A stretch of DNA of 40,414 bases, taken from Hydrurus foetidus (lineage: Eukaryota). A model generated the notes under the pieces. The model had not been told where the DNA came from. It was given only the letters and a program-made list of their open reading frames with translations, and searched no databases. Location of the stretch: the NCBI GenBank assembly GCA_900617105.1, contig UYFQ01000831.1, forward strand, positions 1 to 40,414. Reading direction: 5' to 3'. Made by a program: the position numbers and the translations under genes. Below are positions 12,201-24,481 of this stretch, piece after piece; within the stretch, counting starts at the first letter, position 1; every line of letters begins with the position of its first letter.

Positions 12201-15200
12201 TTTAATTGTTCGTATCATTATTTGTTACATACATGCATATTTATATTGAAGCATACACATATTTTCTTACAGAATGATTTTATTTCTTTGTGTCGGCACA
12301 CTCATGGTAGAATTTATTTTACATTGCATTCGAGCGCATCGTATCATATACTATTATTGCCTATATGTTAATGACATTTGCTAATTACTCCACTATATTG
12401 TATTTTATAGTATTGTATTGTGTCGTATTGTACTGTGTCGTATTGTATTTTATTGAGTTGTATTGTATTGAATTGAATTGTATTATATTGTATTGAATTG
12501 TATTTTTTTGTATTTTCTCATAATATAATGTGTCGCTATATGTCATATCTTGCTATATCACGTTATGTGACACTACATTATGCCATATTGTATCATAGTA
12601 CACCATGTCAAGGGAGGTGTTTTACTGCTGATCCACTTTTAATCTGGACCTACCCCTATACACACACACAATCTGTAATTTACACACACTATCTGTACCG
12701 TACTTAATACTGGAAACGTACGGTAAAGATGGTGTGTGTGAATTATCTTGTATAGAGGTGGGTCCAGATTAAAAGTGGATCAGCAGGAAAAAAGGTCCCT
12801 TGCTCTCTTCTTTCTTTTCTCTAATTTTCTTTAATTTTCTGTAATTTTCTGTAATTGAAAGTGCAATGAAAGTGAAAGTAAAGTAGAAGTTCACTTGTTA
12901 AAACACAATATGACATGGTACAATAAGATATGATATCAAGGGACGTGTTTGAGTGATCCACTTTTAATCTGGATCCACCTCTATACACGGCAATCCACAC
13001 ACTATCTGTACCGTACTGAAAACTGGAAACGTACGGTACAGATAGTGTGTGTGAATTGTCGTGTATAGAGGTGGGTCCAGATTAATAGTGGATCACTCAA
13101 ACACGTCCCTTGATATCATATCTTATTGTACCATGTCATATTGTGTTTTAACAAGTGAACTTCTACTTTACTTTCACTTTCATTGCACTGTTCTCAGCAG
13201 CACTACACCACTTCTTCAATTCGTTTCATTCCCTACCACCTCATTTTTATTTTTCTCCCTTTTTTATTTCACAAATATCAACTCACTTCCTTTTACTTTT
13301 TTTCCTTTTTATTTTAGATATTTTTCGAGGCGAATATTAACACTCCTGTCGGCGCACACGATATCTATTCCCCTTCCGATTTCTTCGTTGCTTTATCTTC
13401 GTTAATAGCCTCAAACATTGAAGTTAAAAAATGGATTTTTAAATTAAATTATGATTTTAATAATGAGGGATGCGCTTATTTAAACACTGACAGGTAAGCC
13501 AATCACAACAATTTACTGAAACGAAATGATATGAAATGATATGATATGGAATGATATGATATAATATGACATGAAATGAAATAAAATAAAATAAAATGAA
13601 ATGAAATGAAATGATGTGAAATGAAATGAAATAAAATGATATGATATGAAATGATATGAAATGAAATAAACTGATATGAAATGAAATGAAATAAAATAAC
13701 GAAACAACTTTTCAATAGGGAAACTTCTTGATGAAAAATAACAAAATTCTAATTCAAACTATGTAATTTTTATCTAAAAAGAAATATATTCGTTTACTTG
13801 TGACTTACGTTTCTTGGTTTACAATTTAATCCATTCACATATCATGTTAATTTTGATAACAAATTCTACCACAAAATTTTTGTTCTCAGATGTTATCATC
13901 ATTATACACTGGTAATGATTTATAGATTTGTTTATTATTGTTAATTATTGTTTATTATTGTTAATTATTGTTTATTATTGTTTATAATTGTTAATTATTG
14001 TTTATTATTGTTTTTATTATTGTTAATTATTGATTATATTTAGTATTTATTAAGAACACAAAACACAATGTAGCAATGAAATATAAAACATTAAAACCAA
14101 AAACTAAAATAAAAATTATTCTGCTATTTTTAAATCGAACAGTTTAAGCATAACAAAGACACTAAGAGAAGAATTGAATGCGCTACTTAATGTCGATAAA
14201 GACAATGCGGGAATGTGGTTTTCAAAATTAATTCAATTGGAAGTGAGGAAGAGAATCTTATCGTGTTTAAAAATCGAATTTTCAAATAAGGTACGTACGA
14301 ATGTACGTACTTTTTTTCTTAAAGTGACTCGTGAAACGTTTGTGAATGTTTTTTGGTAGATTTTTTAAATGAAACTTGTGTACACGTATAAAAATATCTC
14401 TGAATGCCTGTAATGTATTTTAACATAACATAACATAACGTAACGAAATATATCACGGGCACAATATTTGATTAACATGTATTAGTAAATCATGTACGGC
14501 ACGTACGATATTCACTTCATTACTTACAATACGAATTCTAAATTACAGGTTATTATTTGTCGCCCTGAGATATTCGGTGACACTTGGGAAACGTACGAAA
14601 AACATTATCGACAAATAGGTGGGAAAAAAAAAAGATAAATGTACATTTATTACATGGTGTAATTTCGAATAGAGTTCTGTTTTTATCGAGAATATTAATG
14701 AATATAAATCTATTGAAATGATGCTAAGTAGGAAATTATTAAATACTGTTTCTTAATTATCTATACTCAACGGTATTTTCCTTTGAACGAACGGGATAAA
14801 TTCGTTGGTCTATATTCTTGACTTACGCTAGAGTTGTGTGAAGATATACTGCTACAACATAATTTTTGGATACATTGTATTTCAGAGTTTTTTTCAGATC
14901 TAAAAATTGTCGTGCAATACACAACTCTCTCACTTCAATAAAATACTTTTTTATTAAATACTGTTATTATGAAATACCATTTTTCACGATTTTTTTATTT
15001 TCTACTGTCATTACATTTTAATTTGTTATGCACTATTTAATTTTATTCAGTCTTTTTCCTTTCCTTTCTTTTCTTTCCCTTCCTTTTCCTATTTTTTTGT
15101 TCTTTTTTTACCTTTTTTATCTTAAGGTATGGTAGTTGAGGCAGAGCAGTTGGATTTGTCGGGGCAAGTACAAGGACTGTGCTTTATCGATCCAAACGGA

Positions 15201-18200
15201 ATCGTACATGTACGTACATACGGGATGTTGTTGAGTGTTTTGAAAGTTTTTTACAGATTATTTAAAATAAACATTATCTACCATATATTTTTATTTATTT
15301 TTATCTATTTCATTTTTTCTGCTTATTTACAACTCTATATTTGTCTACTATGATTAAGTGTTACCAATACTTAACTCCCTCTTATTCAAATTTGTATCAT
15401 TTTTAATATTTTATTTTAAATATTTTGTTTTATTTTATTTCATTGTATTACATTTTATTTTAGATTTCCGGAGGAGTGGATATATTATTGGATTCAAATT
15501 ATCAAATCCAGGTAATGATCATAAAAAAAAGAATGTAACAGAATGTTTGAATCGTCTTTAGTGTCATAGTAATACAAAACCACGGAGAATAAAAAAATGG
15601 AAATTTTTCTTTGAAATTGCCACCCAATGAGTGTACAGAATAATTTCCTGATTTAAATGTTAATTACTATTTTTATGCTGAGGATGATTTTTGACTTATA
15701 CACTTATTTCATCTTCATATCGTACCTTAATCATTAATACATATACATTACCATCTAATTTATGTATTTTGAAGCTAAAAATGGAAAAAGAGAACACGCC
15801 CCATTACATAAAATGTAAATTAGTCGTAAAATAAGCGTAAATTAGTCGTATAATTAACGTGATAAACATCATTATAAATCAGTATCACGACATAAATAGG
15901 TTCCTAGATTTTATATATATTGAATTAAAACAAATCTGATTAACTTCGATAAACAAAATTCTATACCATACAACAAAACTCGTATTTTTTGTTTTTTTCT
16001 ATTTATTTCTATTTATTTTGTTTTAGGGATATTTGGGACCTCAGACCCGCATTCCAGAATTGGCCCTTAGAGGTGCTACAAAAGGTAAAAATATAAATTT
16101 GTTTAATTTAATCAAGAATTTAAAAAAAATTTAGTATGTGGGGATGATATATCAATCAACAAAATAAAGTGAAGAAAAATAAAACAAAATAATCACCATT
16201 CAATTTATGTAGTATGATAAACAATATGATCTAAATCTGTACTACCTATATCATACAGTGTTCTTCTATCATATATGCTATGCTGGCTAAAACTAAGCGG
16301 TGCCATCTTTTCAGGGATTGCCATAACTGTTTGATTGATAGCTATATCAAATATTCATGGAAGACTTCGTAACATGTGACAATTATTGCTATTACTTATT
16401 AAAACATTATACATTGATATAATCTAACATTATATGATATAATACAACACAATTTATTATCTTATTTATTCATACTCAACACAACACAACACACACCTCA
16501 TTATTTAAACACAATAAATCCTGTTAGCGATTGCCGATATTTTGTTCAATCAATGGGGCGTGGTCGGATACTTGGCAGTCGAATTCGTCGGCCATTGGGA
16601 CGCGCACAACAAAACACCCAGACTGTCCGCATTGGTACGTACGTACGTGTGTGTGTGTGTGGGGTGTGTGATTGAGTATATATATATACACACACACCCC
16701 ACAAATGTATACATACATACATACATACATACATACATACATACATACATACATACATACATACATACATACATACATACATACATACATACATACATAC
16801 ATACATACATACATACATACATACACACACACACACGCATACACACATACATACATACATACATATACATACATACATACATACATACACACATACACAC
16901 ACACATACATACATACATACATACATACATACATACATACATACATACATACATACATACATACATACATACATACATACATACATACATACATACACAT
17001 ACACACACACATACATACATACATACACACATACACACACACACATACATACATACATACAAACACACACACACGCATACACAGTCATAAAATCATCACA
17101 AAGACATGAGGACAATATCATAAACGTCAGTTAAACGTGATGCCTGATTATATGTAGGATGTTGTGATAAAACACCGATTAAACTGACTGCATTTACGGT
17201 AAGGATTACGCCGTAATACGGTTAAAAACAGCTAATACCGTCATTGTGTGTGTGTATATATGTGTGTGTGTGTGTGTGTGTGTACGTATGTATACATGTG
17301 TGTGTGTGTGTGTGTGTCTGAACTCTTTATTTGATGTCTTTCTGATTACCACTCTCATGCTAGTCTCAGCTGTAACGCCACTTTAATCGTACGGGCAATT
17401 AATGCAGTTATCATAGTTGCCATTATTCGAGGGACTCGTTACCTTTGCTGTTACATAGTTCAAGGATCGTGTTTAATTCATTTGTCCTTTTTAATCGGGT
17501 GCCAGCCCCCCACACAACAACACACAGCATTTTTCATGACTGAAAAAAAACCATTTCCCGGTGGACCGCCCAGCATGAAAAATGCTGTGTGTTGTTGTGT
17601 GGGGGCTTGTACCCGATTAAAAACGACAAATGAATTAGACACGACCCTTTGCTTCGACACCTTATTGCCATTTCAATTAACACTTCAATTACCATTTCGA
17701 TAAACACTCTCATTAACATTTTAATTGACATTCCAATTAACACTTCCAGTAACATTTTAGGTACCATTACAATTAACACTTCAATTAACATTTGAATTAA
17801 TATCGTTATTTTCGTCATTCTTCACAGCAGAGAATTCTTATTAATTAACGGTTTCATTTTTATTTTCACTTTCACTTTCACAACTATCTTAATAGTTATC
17901 ATCTAACCAATATTCATAACACTTTTTCTTTTATTTTCAATATTATTTTTTTACCTCCTAATCAGTACCACTATTTCAATTCACTTTAATTATTAGGAAA
18001 TTTGGAATTACTTACTGATCATTTACAATTATAATAATCACTTTTGGACTCTTTTTGTCTTCCTAATTAATTTATTCAGAACCTCATTACAATCACACAA
18101 TTATAATTTCTATTTTTATTGTAATTGCAATTTCTATTTTTATTGTAATTTCTATTTTTATTGTAATTTCTATTTTTATTTTTATGTAATTTTTATTTTT

Positions 18201-20351
18201 ATTGTAATTTCTATTTTTATTTTTATTGTAATTTCTATTTTTATTGTAATTTTTATTTTTATTTTTATTAGGGAATAAAGTTAGGGATTACTCACGGATT
18301 TTTAGGAAATGGATTGTGCGCTGTGACATGCGGTCTACCGCCAATAGGAGAGATTTATCCGGTGTGCTTTATCGCACAGACAAAACTAACCACTTTAGGT
18401 ATATTAAAATATTGTGTTTTATTGTGTAATGTATTTTATTGGATCACAGTTCTAATGTATCATATTGTATTCATGCATTATGTTTGTATTTATCGTATAT
18501 ATAAACAATTGTATTTTGTATTTGTATCATACGCATCAAATCACTATCCCCAACAGTAACAAAATTTGTGGTTTGAAAAACGAGTTTAATGATTCGACTT
18601 TTTCGAACTTGTGTCATATAAAAAACGAGAATCAAAACGACTTCTTCCAAACAACTGGGGAAGTCGAATTTTCGAGGTGAAAAACCGTATATTACGATTT
18701 TGAAAAAGCCGAGTTTGAAACTCGTATTTTGAGAATACGAGGTTTCGCAAATACTGTACTTGAAATCTTTTAATTAAATTGACTATATTAAAAAATCAAA
18801 TCAATTCCTATGCAGATAAACATTTTGTGTACTTACCGTACGTGCATCACAAACCACTCGAATCTACTCGTCAAGACATATTCGAAAAGGTGAATCAAAT
18901 ATCTTTGAATTACAGAATGAATTATCGCAATTCTGAAACATTCGTAGATTTTTTTTTGTAAATATGTAAAATGACATTCCTTGATATAGTCATATTTTAC
19001 AGATATTTGCATTTTTTCGTGATTTTCAGTGCGGAGTTACTGAAATTGTATTCCAATATTTTAAATACATTTTTGACAATTTTTTCTAACAGTCCATTTA
19101 TTTTAATCACACAAGTTACTTATCTGTATTTTTGCTAATCAAATTCCATTTTTATTTTATTGTTCAGTTCTGCGCGGTGAAAAATATTTTATTTGATTTT
19201 GAGAAAAAAAAAGGAGTCATGTTTTTTCCAATAAACAACTCGTCAGGTAAAAAATTTAATGATTGTATCAAAATTTAAAAATTAAAATTGAATTAAGTTG
19301 ATTTGTTAAAGTATTAAAAAATCATTTATTCTTAATATCTTCCCACAAATAAGCATTTTCTTACTTTAAATCGTAACTTATTTTTAAATTATATTAATGT
19401 AACGGTTATCAATATTAGTAGTACCGATATTTTAGAAAAAATTATTAACTTCATATTTGAATAAATTTCATTAATTTAGCTGGTGCCTTAAGTTTTATTT
19501 GCCTGGAAGAAAAAAGACGAAAAGTTATTGAAAAAACAATAAAGACATTAAATTTCATTATCACGCAATTCGGCAGAGATAAAGAGGTAAATTGATAAAT
19601 GAATGAATAAATATACAGTTTATTAACTAATTTAAGATTTTTTGGAATGCTTAATGCAAGATAATTTTTTATGAGTTTTTTTATTACCATTATTATTTAA
19701 TTCATGGTATGATATTGTTAATAAAAAATGACGTACTTCGGAATGATGTTTACGTGATATTGAATCTATTTTCCATGTCCTATGTGATGCTGTGAATTTG
19801 TATTTGTTAGTACACGTAAATCGTTTCATTCAGTATCAGTACATTTCTATTATATATAGTGTGTTGATGTTAGTGCACACTGTACTACAACATCAGAATA
19901 GAGTGGCACCTTTTCCTGGATACATATCTCAGATGCACTGATGGTAAATCGATCACCCCACTTCACACAAAAAACGAAAAATCCGGGGACCGTTTCCCCG
20001 GATTTATCATTTTTTAGTGTGGTGTGGGGTGATCGATTTACCGTCAGTGCATCTGAGATATGTATCCAGGAAAAGGTGCCACTCTATTCTGCTGTTGTAG
20101 TACATGCATACTCCTTGAAAGTTAGTTAACAGTTGACTTAAATTGATATCAAGTTAACAGTCTCTTTTATTTCGACACTGCCAACAACCTTTATTTTCAT
20201 TCTAAACATCACATTAATTACCTCTCTCCATTCATGTTTCATTTGTTTTGAATAGAGTGTTTCTGAAAGTCCAAGTGCGTGTTACGGACTACAGTCTACG
20301 CTCGACAGCCTGACTGCTCTACTAAAAAGAGATTACATAAAAATCAATTAA
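6246..20351 (+). CDS. IQCH: IQ-motif-containing protein H (IQCH)-like, 22 exons
   Basis: Phase-consistent exons: 6246-6371, 6705-6841, 7398-7488 (FIIYRGSTLSSTPEFKSY...WGSI), 7907-8019, 8645-8707, 9555-9624 (IQ motif AATKIQAKVRGYIG), 10044-10132 (IIIQRNARR), 10450-10540, 11106-11192, 11517-12046 (IFVPSIS...LVDPYLHLLYISP...RLHFITPEN), 13318-13493 (PVGAHDIY...WIFKLNYDFNNEG), 14143-14290, 14549-14618, 15127-15209 (CFIDPNG), 15464-15511, 16027-16084, 16528-16634 (GVVGYLAVEFV), 18272-18398, 18816-18889, 19168-19246, 19480-19587, 20256-20351 (TAA). Motif order matches the IQCH family as I recall it. No in-frame start exon of its own was found. Confidence 0.8.
9242..9543. repeat. 33-bp minisatellite, about 9 copies, intronic
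   Basis: Unit ATATCGTAATTAATTCAATAATAATAG(T/A)ACTAA, with one shortened copy. Ends about 10 bp before the splice acceptor at 9553-9554. Confidence 0.9.
10705..10914. mobile_element. MITE family B copy 1 (degenerate TIRs, right end ...ACTG|TA, Tc1/mariner-like)
   Basis: Left GAGTATTAGCGAAACCTTGTAC... matches the reverse complement of the right end, CAGTATTTGCGAAACCTCGTAT.... A second copy lies at 18554-18756. Confidence 0.8.
12060..12167. mobile_element. Foldback/MITE family C, short degenerate copy
   Basis: TAACAGCAGAATAGAGTGGCACCTTT...AAAGGTGTCTCTGTATTCTGCTGTTA has the same termini as the 19881-20104 element. Confidence 0.75.
12609..12802. mobile_element. Foldback/MITE-like element, family A copy 2
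   Basis: CAAGGGAGGTGTTTTACTGCTGATCCACTTTTAATCTGGACC...GGTCCAGATTAAAAGTGGATCAGCAGGAAAAAAGGTCCCTTG. Confidence 0.88.
12860..13189. repeat. 330-bp near-perfect palindrome: family A copy 3 plus 77-bp perfectly inverted flanks
   Basis: 12860-12936 (AGTGCAATGAAAG...GATATGATAT) is the exact reverse complement of 13113-13189 (ATATCATATC...CTTTCATTGCACT). Confidence 0.95.
12937..13112. mobile_element. Foldback/MITE-like element, family A copy 3
   Basis: CAAGGGACGTGTTTGAGTGATCCACT...AGTGGATCACTCAAACACGTCCCTTG, with the same core as copies 1 and 2. Confidence 0.9.
13520..13705. repeat. Degenerate pentanucleotide microsatellite (AAATG/ATATG/AAAAT)n
   Basis: Directly visible, intronic. Confidence 0.9.
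16709..17060. repeat. (TACA)n/(CA)n microsatellite
   Basis: Directly visible. It is the source of the spurious YVCM/IHTY ORFs. Confidence 0.97.
17461..17651. mobile_element. Foldback/MITE family D (CAAGG-type end, different core from family A)
   Basis: CAAGGATCGTGTTTAATTCATTTGTC..TTTTTAATCGGGT..AGCCCCCACACAACAACACACAGCATTTTTCATG / CATGAAAAATGCTGTGTGTTGTTGTGTGGGGGCT..ACCCGATTAAAAA..GACAAATGAATTAGACACGACCCTTTG. Confidence 0.85.
18103..18268. repeat. Degenerate ~18-bp tandem repeat (TTGTAATTTCTATTTTTA) ahead of a splice acceptor
   Basis: Directly visible. Confidence 0.8.
18554..18756. mobile_element. MITE family B copy 2
   Basis: About 18620-18758 is nearly identical to about 10779-10916 in the same orientation. 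The left part is diverged and its boundary (CAGT at 18554) is tentative. Confidence 0.78.
19881..20104. mobile_element. Foldback/MITE family C, long near-perfect palindrome (224 bp)
   Basis: TGTACTACAACATCAGAATAGAGTGGCACCTTTTCCTGGATACATATCTCAGATGCACTGA...AAATCCGGGGA-CCGTT-TCCCCGGATTT...TCAGTGCATCTGAGATATGTATCCAGGAAAAGGTGCCACTCTATTCTGCTGTTGTAGTACA. Confidence 0.9.
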
Positions 20352-21167
20352 AAAATTCATCTATGTTTGTGTTCTTATGTGTGTATCTTTGTTCACATTT
20401 TTCTATTTACATGTCCGTACGTATTTCTGATTTTTTTCATTTGTAAATATGGGTTGACGCTTCAGATATTTTCAAAACTTTCCGGATAAAAGGACACTGA
20501 TATGTCGCGTATACCGTAACGAATTTTATTAATGTAGAATTCAATTTTATTCCAATTAATTTAATTTCATTGCGTATTGACTCGAAGACAATTTTTCATA
20601 CAAAAAAAAATTGGGAAAAAGTTTGACGATAAAGAAAATGAATTCAGTACGTCATAGCAGGTTTTTCGTATTTTTGCCGGCGACTTTTTTTTATTGATTT
20701 TTTTTTTAAATTGATAAAAGTGTATACGAGAACATAAGATGATTCTTTACAACAATTATTTATTTATATTATGAAGTATAAAAAGAAAGTCAAAATGATC
20801 TGTATATATCAAGTTAGAAATTATGGGAATAAGAAATTCGAAAAACTTCAATTTTAATGCGAAAAAAATGGAGTTTCCTTTTTTATTTGTTCAACTTCGT
20901 TCGAGCAGAAATTTACAAAATTGCTGCTGAATAAGATTAAATTTTTCTGATAAAATAAAATTGGCTGTGATTCATTTGTTACTATAGTACTATATTCATT
21001 TATATTAGGTGCATTTGTTTTTTCATTACATGCCGATCTTCTTTATTTTTACATACAAACAGTTATTTAATTTGATTTGCGCTATATTCTTTTATTAAGA
21101 TTCAATACGAAAAATTGCCGTTTATTTTGTATTGGCGCTACACTAAAACGAACGTTTCTTGAAATTT

Positions 21168-24100
21168 TTAGTACGTAGTTGTGCTCCTTTTCAAATTTAC
21201 TGAAGAATTCAATTTTTCAAATAATGAAGTGTTGTCTTTATTATTTTTTGATGAATTTTTACTAAATTTATTGGCACCTAATAAAGTGTTCGAATTTCTA
21301 TTTAATTGAGTGTTGTTATCATTTTTTTTATTTTCCATGTTATACCCAATACTACTGTCATTAATATTAGAATATTCACTTAATGTGTTTTCATTATTTT
21401 TGCTGCTATTTCCATTATGTCCCATTTTACTCGTACCAATTCTCGAAATTTCTTCCCCACCCGAAATTCCAGATATGGGTCCAGGAACCGCATAAACATA
21501 CTGCGCAACACTAGTTCCGCTAAAACTCGAAATCCGGCTAAATTAAGGGGAAAGTACGGCATAATTTAACTAATTGTTGAATATTGGCGAACATTTTTGT
21601 ATAAAAAAAAATCAGCGTACTACAGCGATTTGTTGTTTTGGTGAAACCAGTCTACTGATATAAATCAAAATGATTATCTAGCAGCACTTTTTATAATAGA
21701 AAATACATTTGTCAATTTTATCAATTGAAATTATGAATAATTTATTTGATTCAATTTACCTTTTTTTGCTTAGATTTAATCCTTTTTTCATTCCATCTCC
21801 GGACACCATAGACTCTGATCTTTTCAATCCTAAAAAATAGCAATTTTGATAAAGTTTGTTGCTGAAATAATGATGATGATAATAATAATAATTATGATAA
21901 TAATAATGATAATAATCATAATGATGATAAAAATGACATAAAAATAATAATAGTAATGATAATAATAATAATAATGATAATAATAATTATAATAATAATC
22001 ATTATATTAATAATAATAATAATAGTAATAACTACGTTAATAACAATAATGTTAATCAGTAAGAATGATAATTAGAATGATAATAGTTGGTATTACAGAC
22101 TTGTTAAATATGAAATCGATGATTATTTATTAAAATAACAATTACTGTGATAAGATTACAGGAGCAGAATAAAATGTTTCCTGTTTAGTATGACAAGCAT
22201 TTGATCCAGTGAGTTGACCATATCCAACATAATGTAATAAAAAGTACGGCAAAAAAGAGAATATATCGTAAAATGAAGAAAACAGAATCGAACCTGTGAC
22301 TGTTGCGAAGATTCCGGATCCCGAATTAACGGATTTGCCGCTATTTTGGTTATTTCCGATATTTGAGTGTGAGTTTTCTTTCCGTGTGACCGCCATGCCC
22401 ATACCGTGTCCGGCCAACATCTGTAAAAAGTTTATTGAAATTTAGAAATCAATTAATTAGTTGATCGAGTAATAGGTTAGCTAGGCAAGTAGATAAAAAT
22501 GTTTATTTATTGGTTTTTTTTATTAATAAGTGTTGTGTTGTTGGCTGACATATATTTTAATTACGTAGCACTGTAGTCATCGCAGTCGACAAAACCTTTT
22601 TAAATCTTTCTCTTTCCCGGATTATAATGCTAAAACAATTCAAATGTAAGAATTACAATAAAAAACACTGTATGGTGGTGTGAATTATTTTCAGCAATTT
22701 AAAAATCACATAAAAACACTCCCAAAAATCAGTCGGGATTTCTTTTATTTATTTTACCGTAAACCGGTTATTGACTTACTTCTTCTTTGTTCAAAGTCCC
22801 ACTGAAGGATGCCGTTCCTTTCTGCCCAATATTCGAATCTGTTTTATTGAATTGATTATTCTGGAATTTGGGTCTGGTTCCACCCCCAAGAAAAGACACG
22901 GACCGATGGACGGATGTTGCGCTCTAAAAAACGAAAAGGACGCAGATGATAATTAGTGTTACGTTATGTTATTATCAGTTGAATACCGTACTATTTAGAT
23001 AAAGCACAACACAACAAAATGGTTCAATTTGTAATTGGATTTCTTTTGTGCACAAATTTTTCCACATAGAATAACACGAATTTAAATTAAAAGAAATATG
23101 TCAAAAACAAAACAGAAGTTTTTTTTACCTTTTTCTGTGGTGAAGAGGTTTTTTGTCTTTTTAACGATTTTGACATTCCATCATTTGTCACATCACTCAA
23201 AATCACGGATTTGGAATTTCCGAAATCCGTGAAATCGAATGGGAGTAATGAAGCGGAAATTTCCAGAACACTTTTCGACAATAATTGAGACTGGAAAAAA
23301 AGAAAAAAAGAAAAAGTGAGATAGTTCAGTGCATTATAAAAACCAAATAATCATGTACAAATGAATATTCTGTCTTTAATCTACATGATGGATGGCAATA
23401 CAATGTAGAAAGTAAGTGATAATAAAACAAAACATAATTCATTAATAAAGATACCTTTCATAAGAGAATTGTCGTTGAAGAAATGTTTGCATTATAAATA
23501 GAGATTTGAATCAAATTTACCTTTTCGTTTCCTGTATCTGTCTGAGCTCGTCGCAAAGCCCTGAAATGAAAATAATCTTAATTAGCATCTAAAAATTTTA
23601 TTAATTGTCATTTTATTTGATAAGTTAACATTCACGTATGTACAGACAATTCGATGCATAATTTAACACAGCTGTTGTTTTAGATACTGCCGAAGGGAAA
23701 AAAAGGAATACAGTTTTTCTAATCATCATTATATGTCACGAAAAAGTTAAGAGTCGCGTGTACCAGTGAGACTTCAGTTAATCGGAAGAAAAAGACTTCA
23801 AGTATAATATAGTTGTTGCACCTTCTCATTTTAGTTTGCTGCTCGAATTGTTTTTTTCTCTGCAAGCATTGATCGGCTTGATCGCGTAATCTAAAAAAAA
23901 AATAGAAGACATTTGAGAAATAAAAGAGTTAATTAGATGCGATATAAGATAGTTAGTTTGATGCTATGAAAAACATGTTATCGAACTTATTACCGGAAAA
24001 AATGGTGAAGTCAAAGAAGAATGAAAAAATTGTTTGCAGCAAATACAAAAATACTTAAAAGTATAAAATAAAATAAAATAAAACATAACGCTTTTGATTA

Positions 24101-24439
24101 TTTTTTCTTACCTTTGTTTTTCGGCTATTTTTGTGATTTTTTGTTCATCGGTTAGACTGTCGAATTTATCTCTGTCTTCCTCTTCATCGCTGTCTGACTC
24201 GGATACTTCAGCATCTAATATGTTCAATTTGCATCATTTTCGATGAGTTGATTTACATCGTAAATAGTATTGTGCGGTGATGTAAGTTGGAGTTATTTAT
24301 TGTTTTCAATTTTAATCGTCTTTCAAGGTTTTCGACCATGTAGCTCAGCCAATGATTGTAATGCAATAACTCCCTTCCTACTTTACACTCACTCTCACAC
24401 ACACACTCTTTATCTCTCACTAGTGCACACACACACACA

Positions 24440-24481
<42 letters not shown>

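Noticed and set aside
16524..17121. Five overlapping ORFs of 145-191 aa (YVCM/IHTY repeats)
   Set aside because: They are translations of the (TACA)n microsatellite. Only 16528-16634 is a real IQCH exon.
23203..23232. Hairpin TCACGGATTT...AAATCCGTGA
   Set aside because: A short (10-bp stem) single-copy repeat inside a coding exon; compatible with chance.
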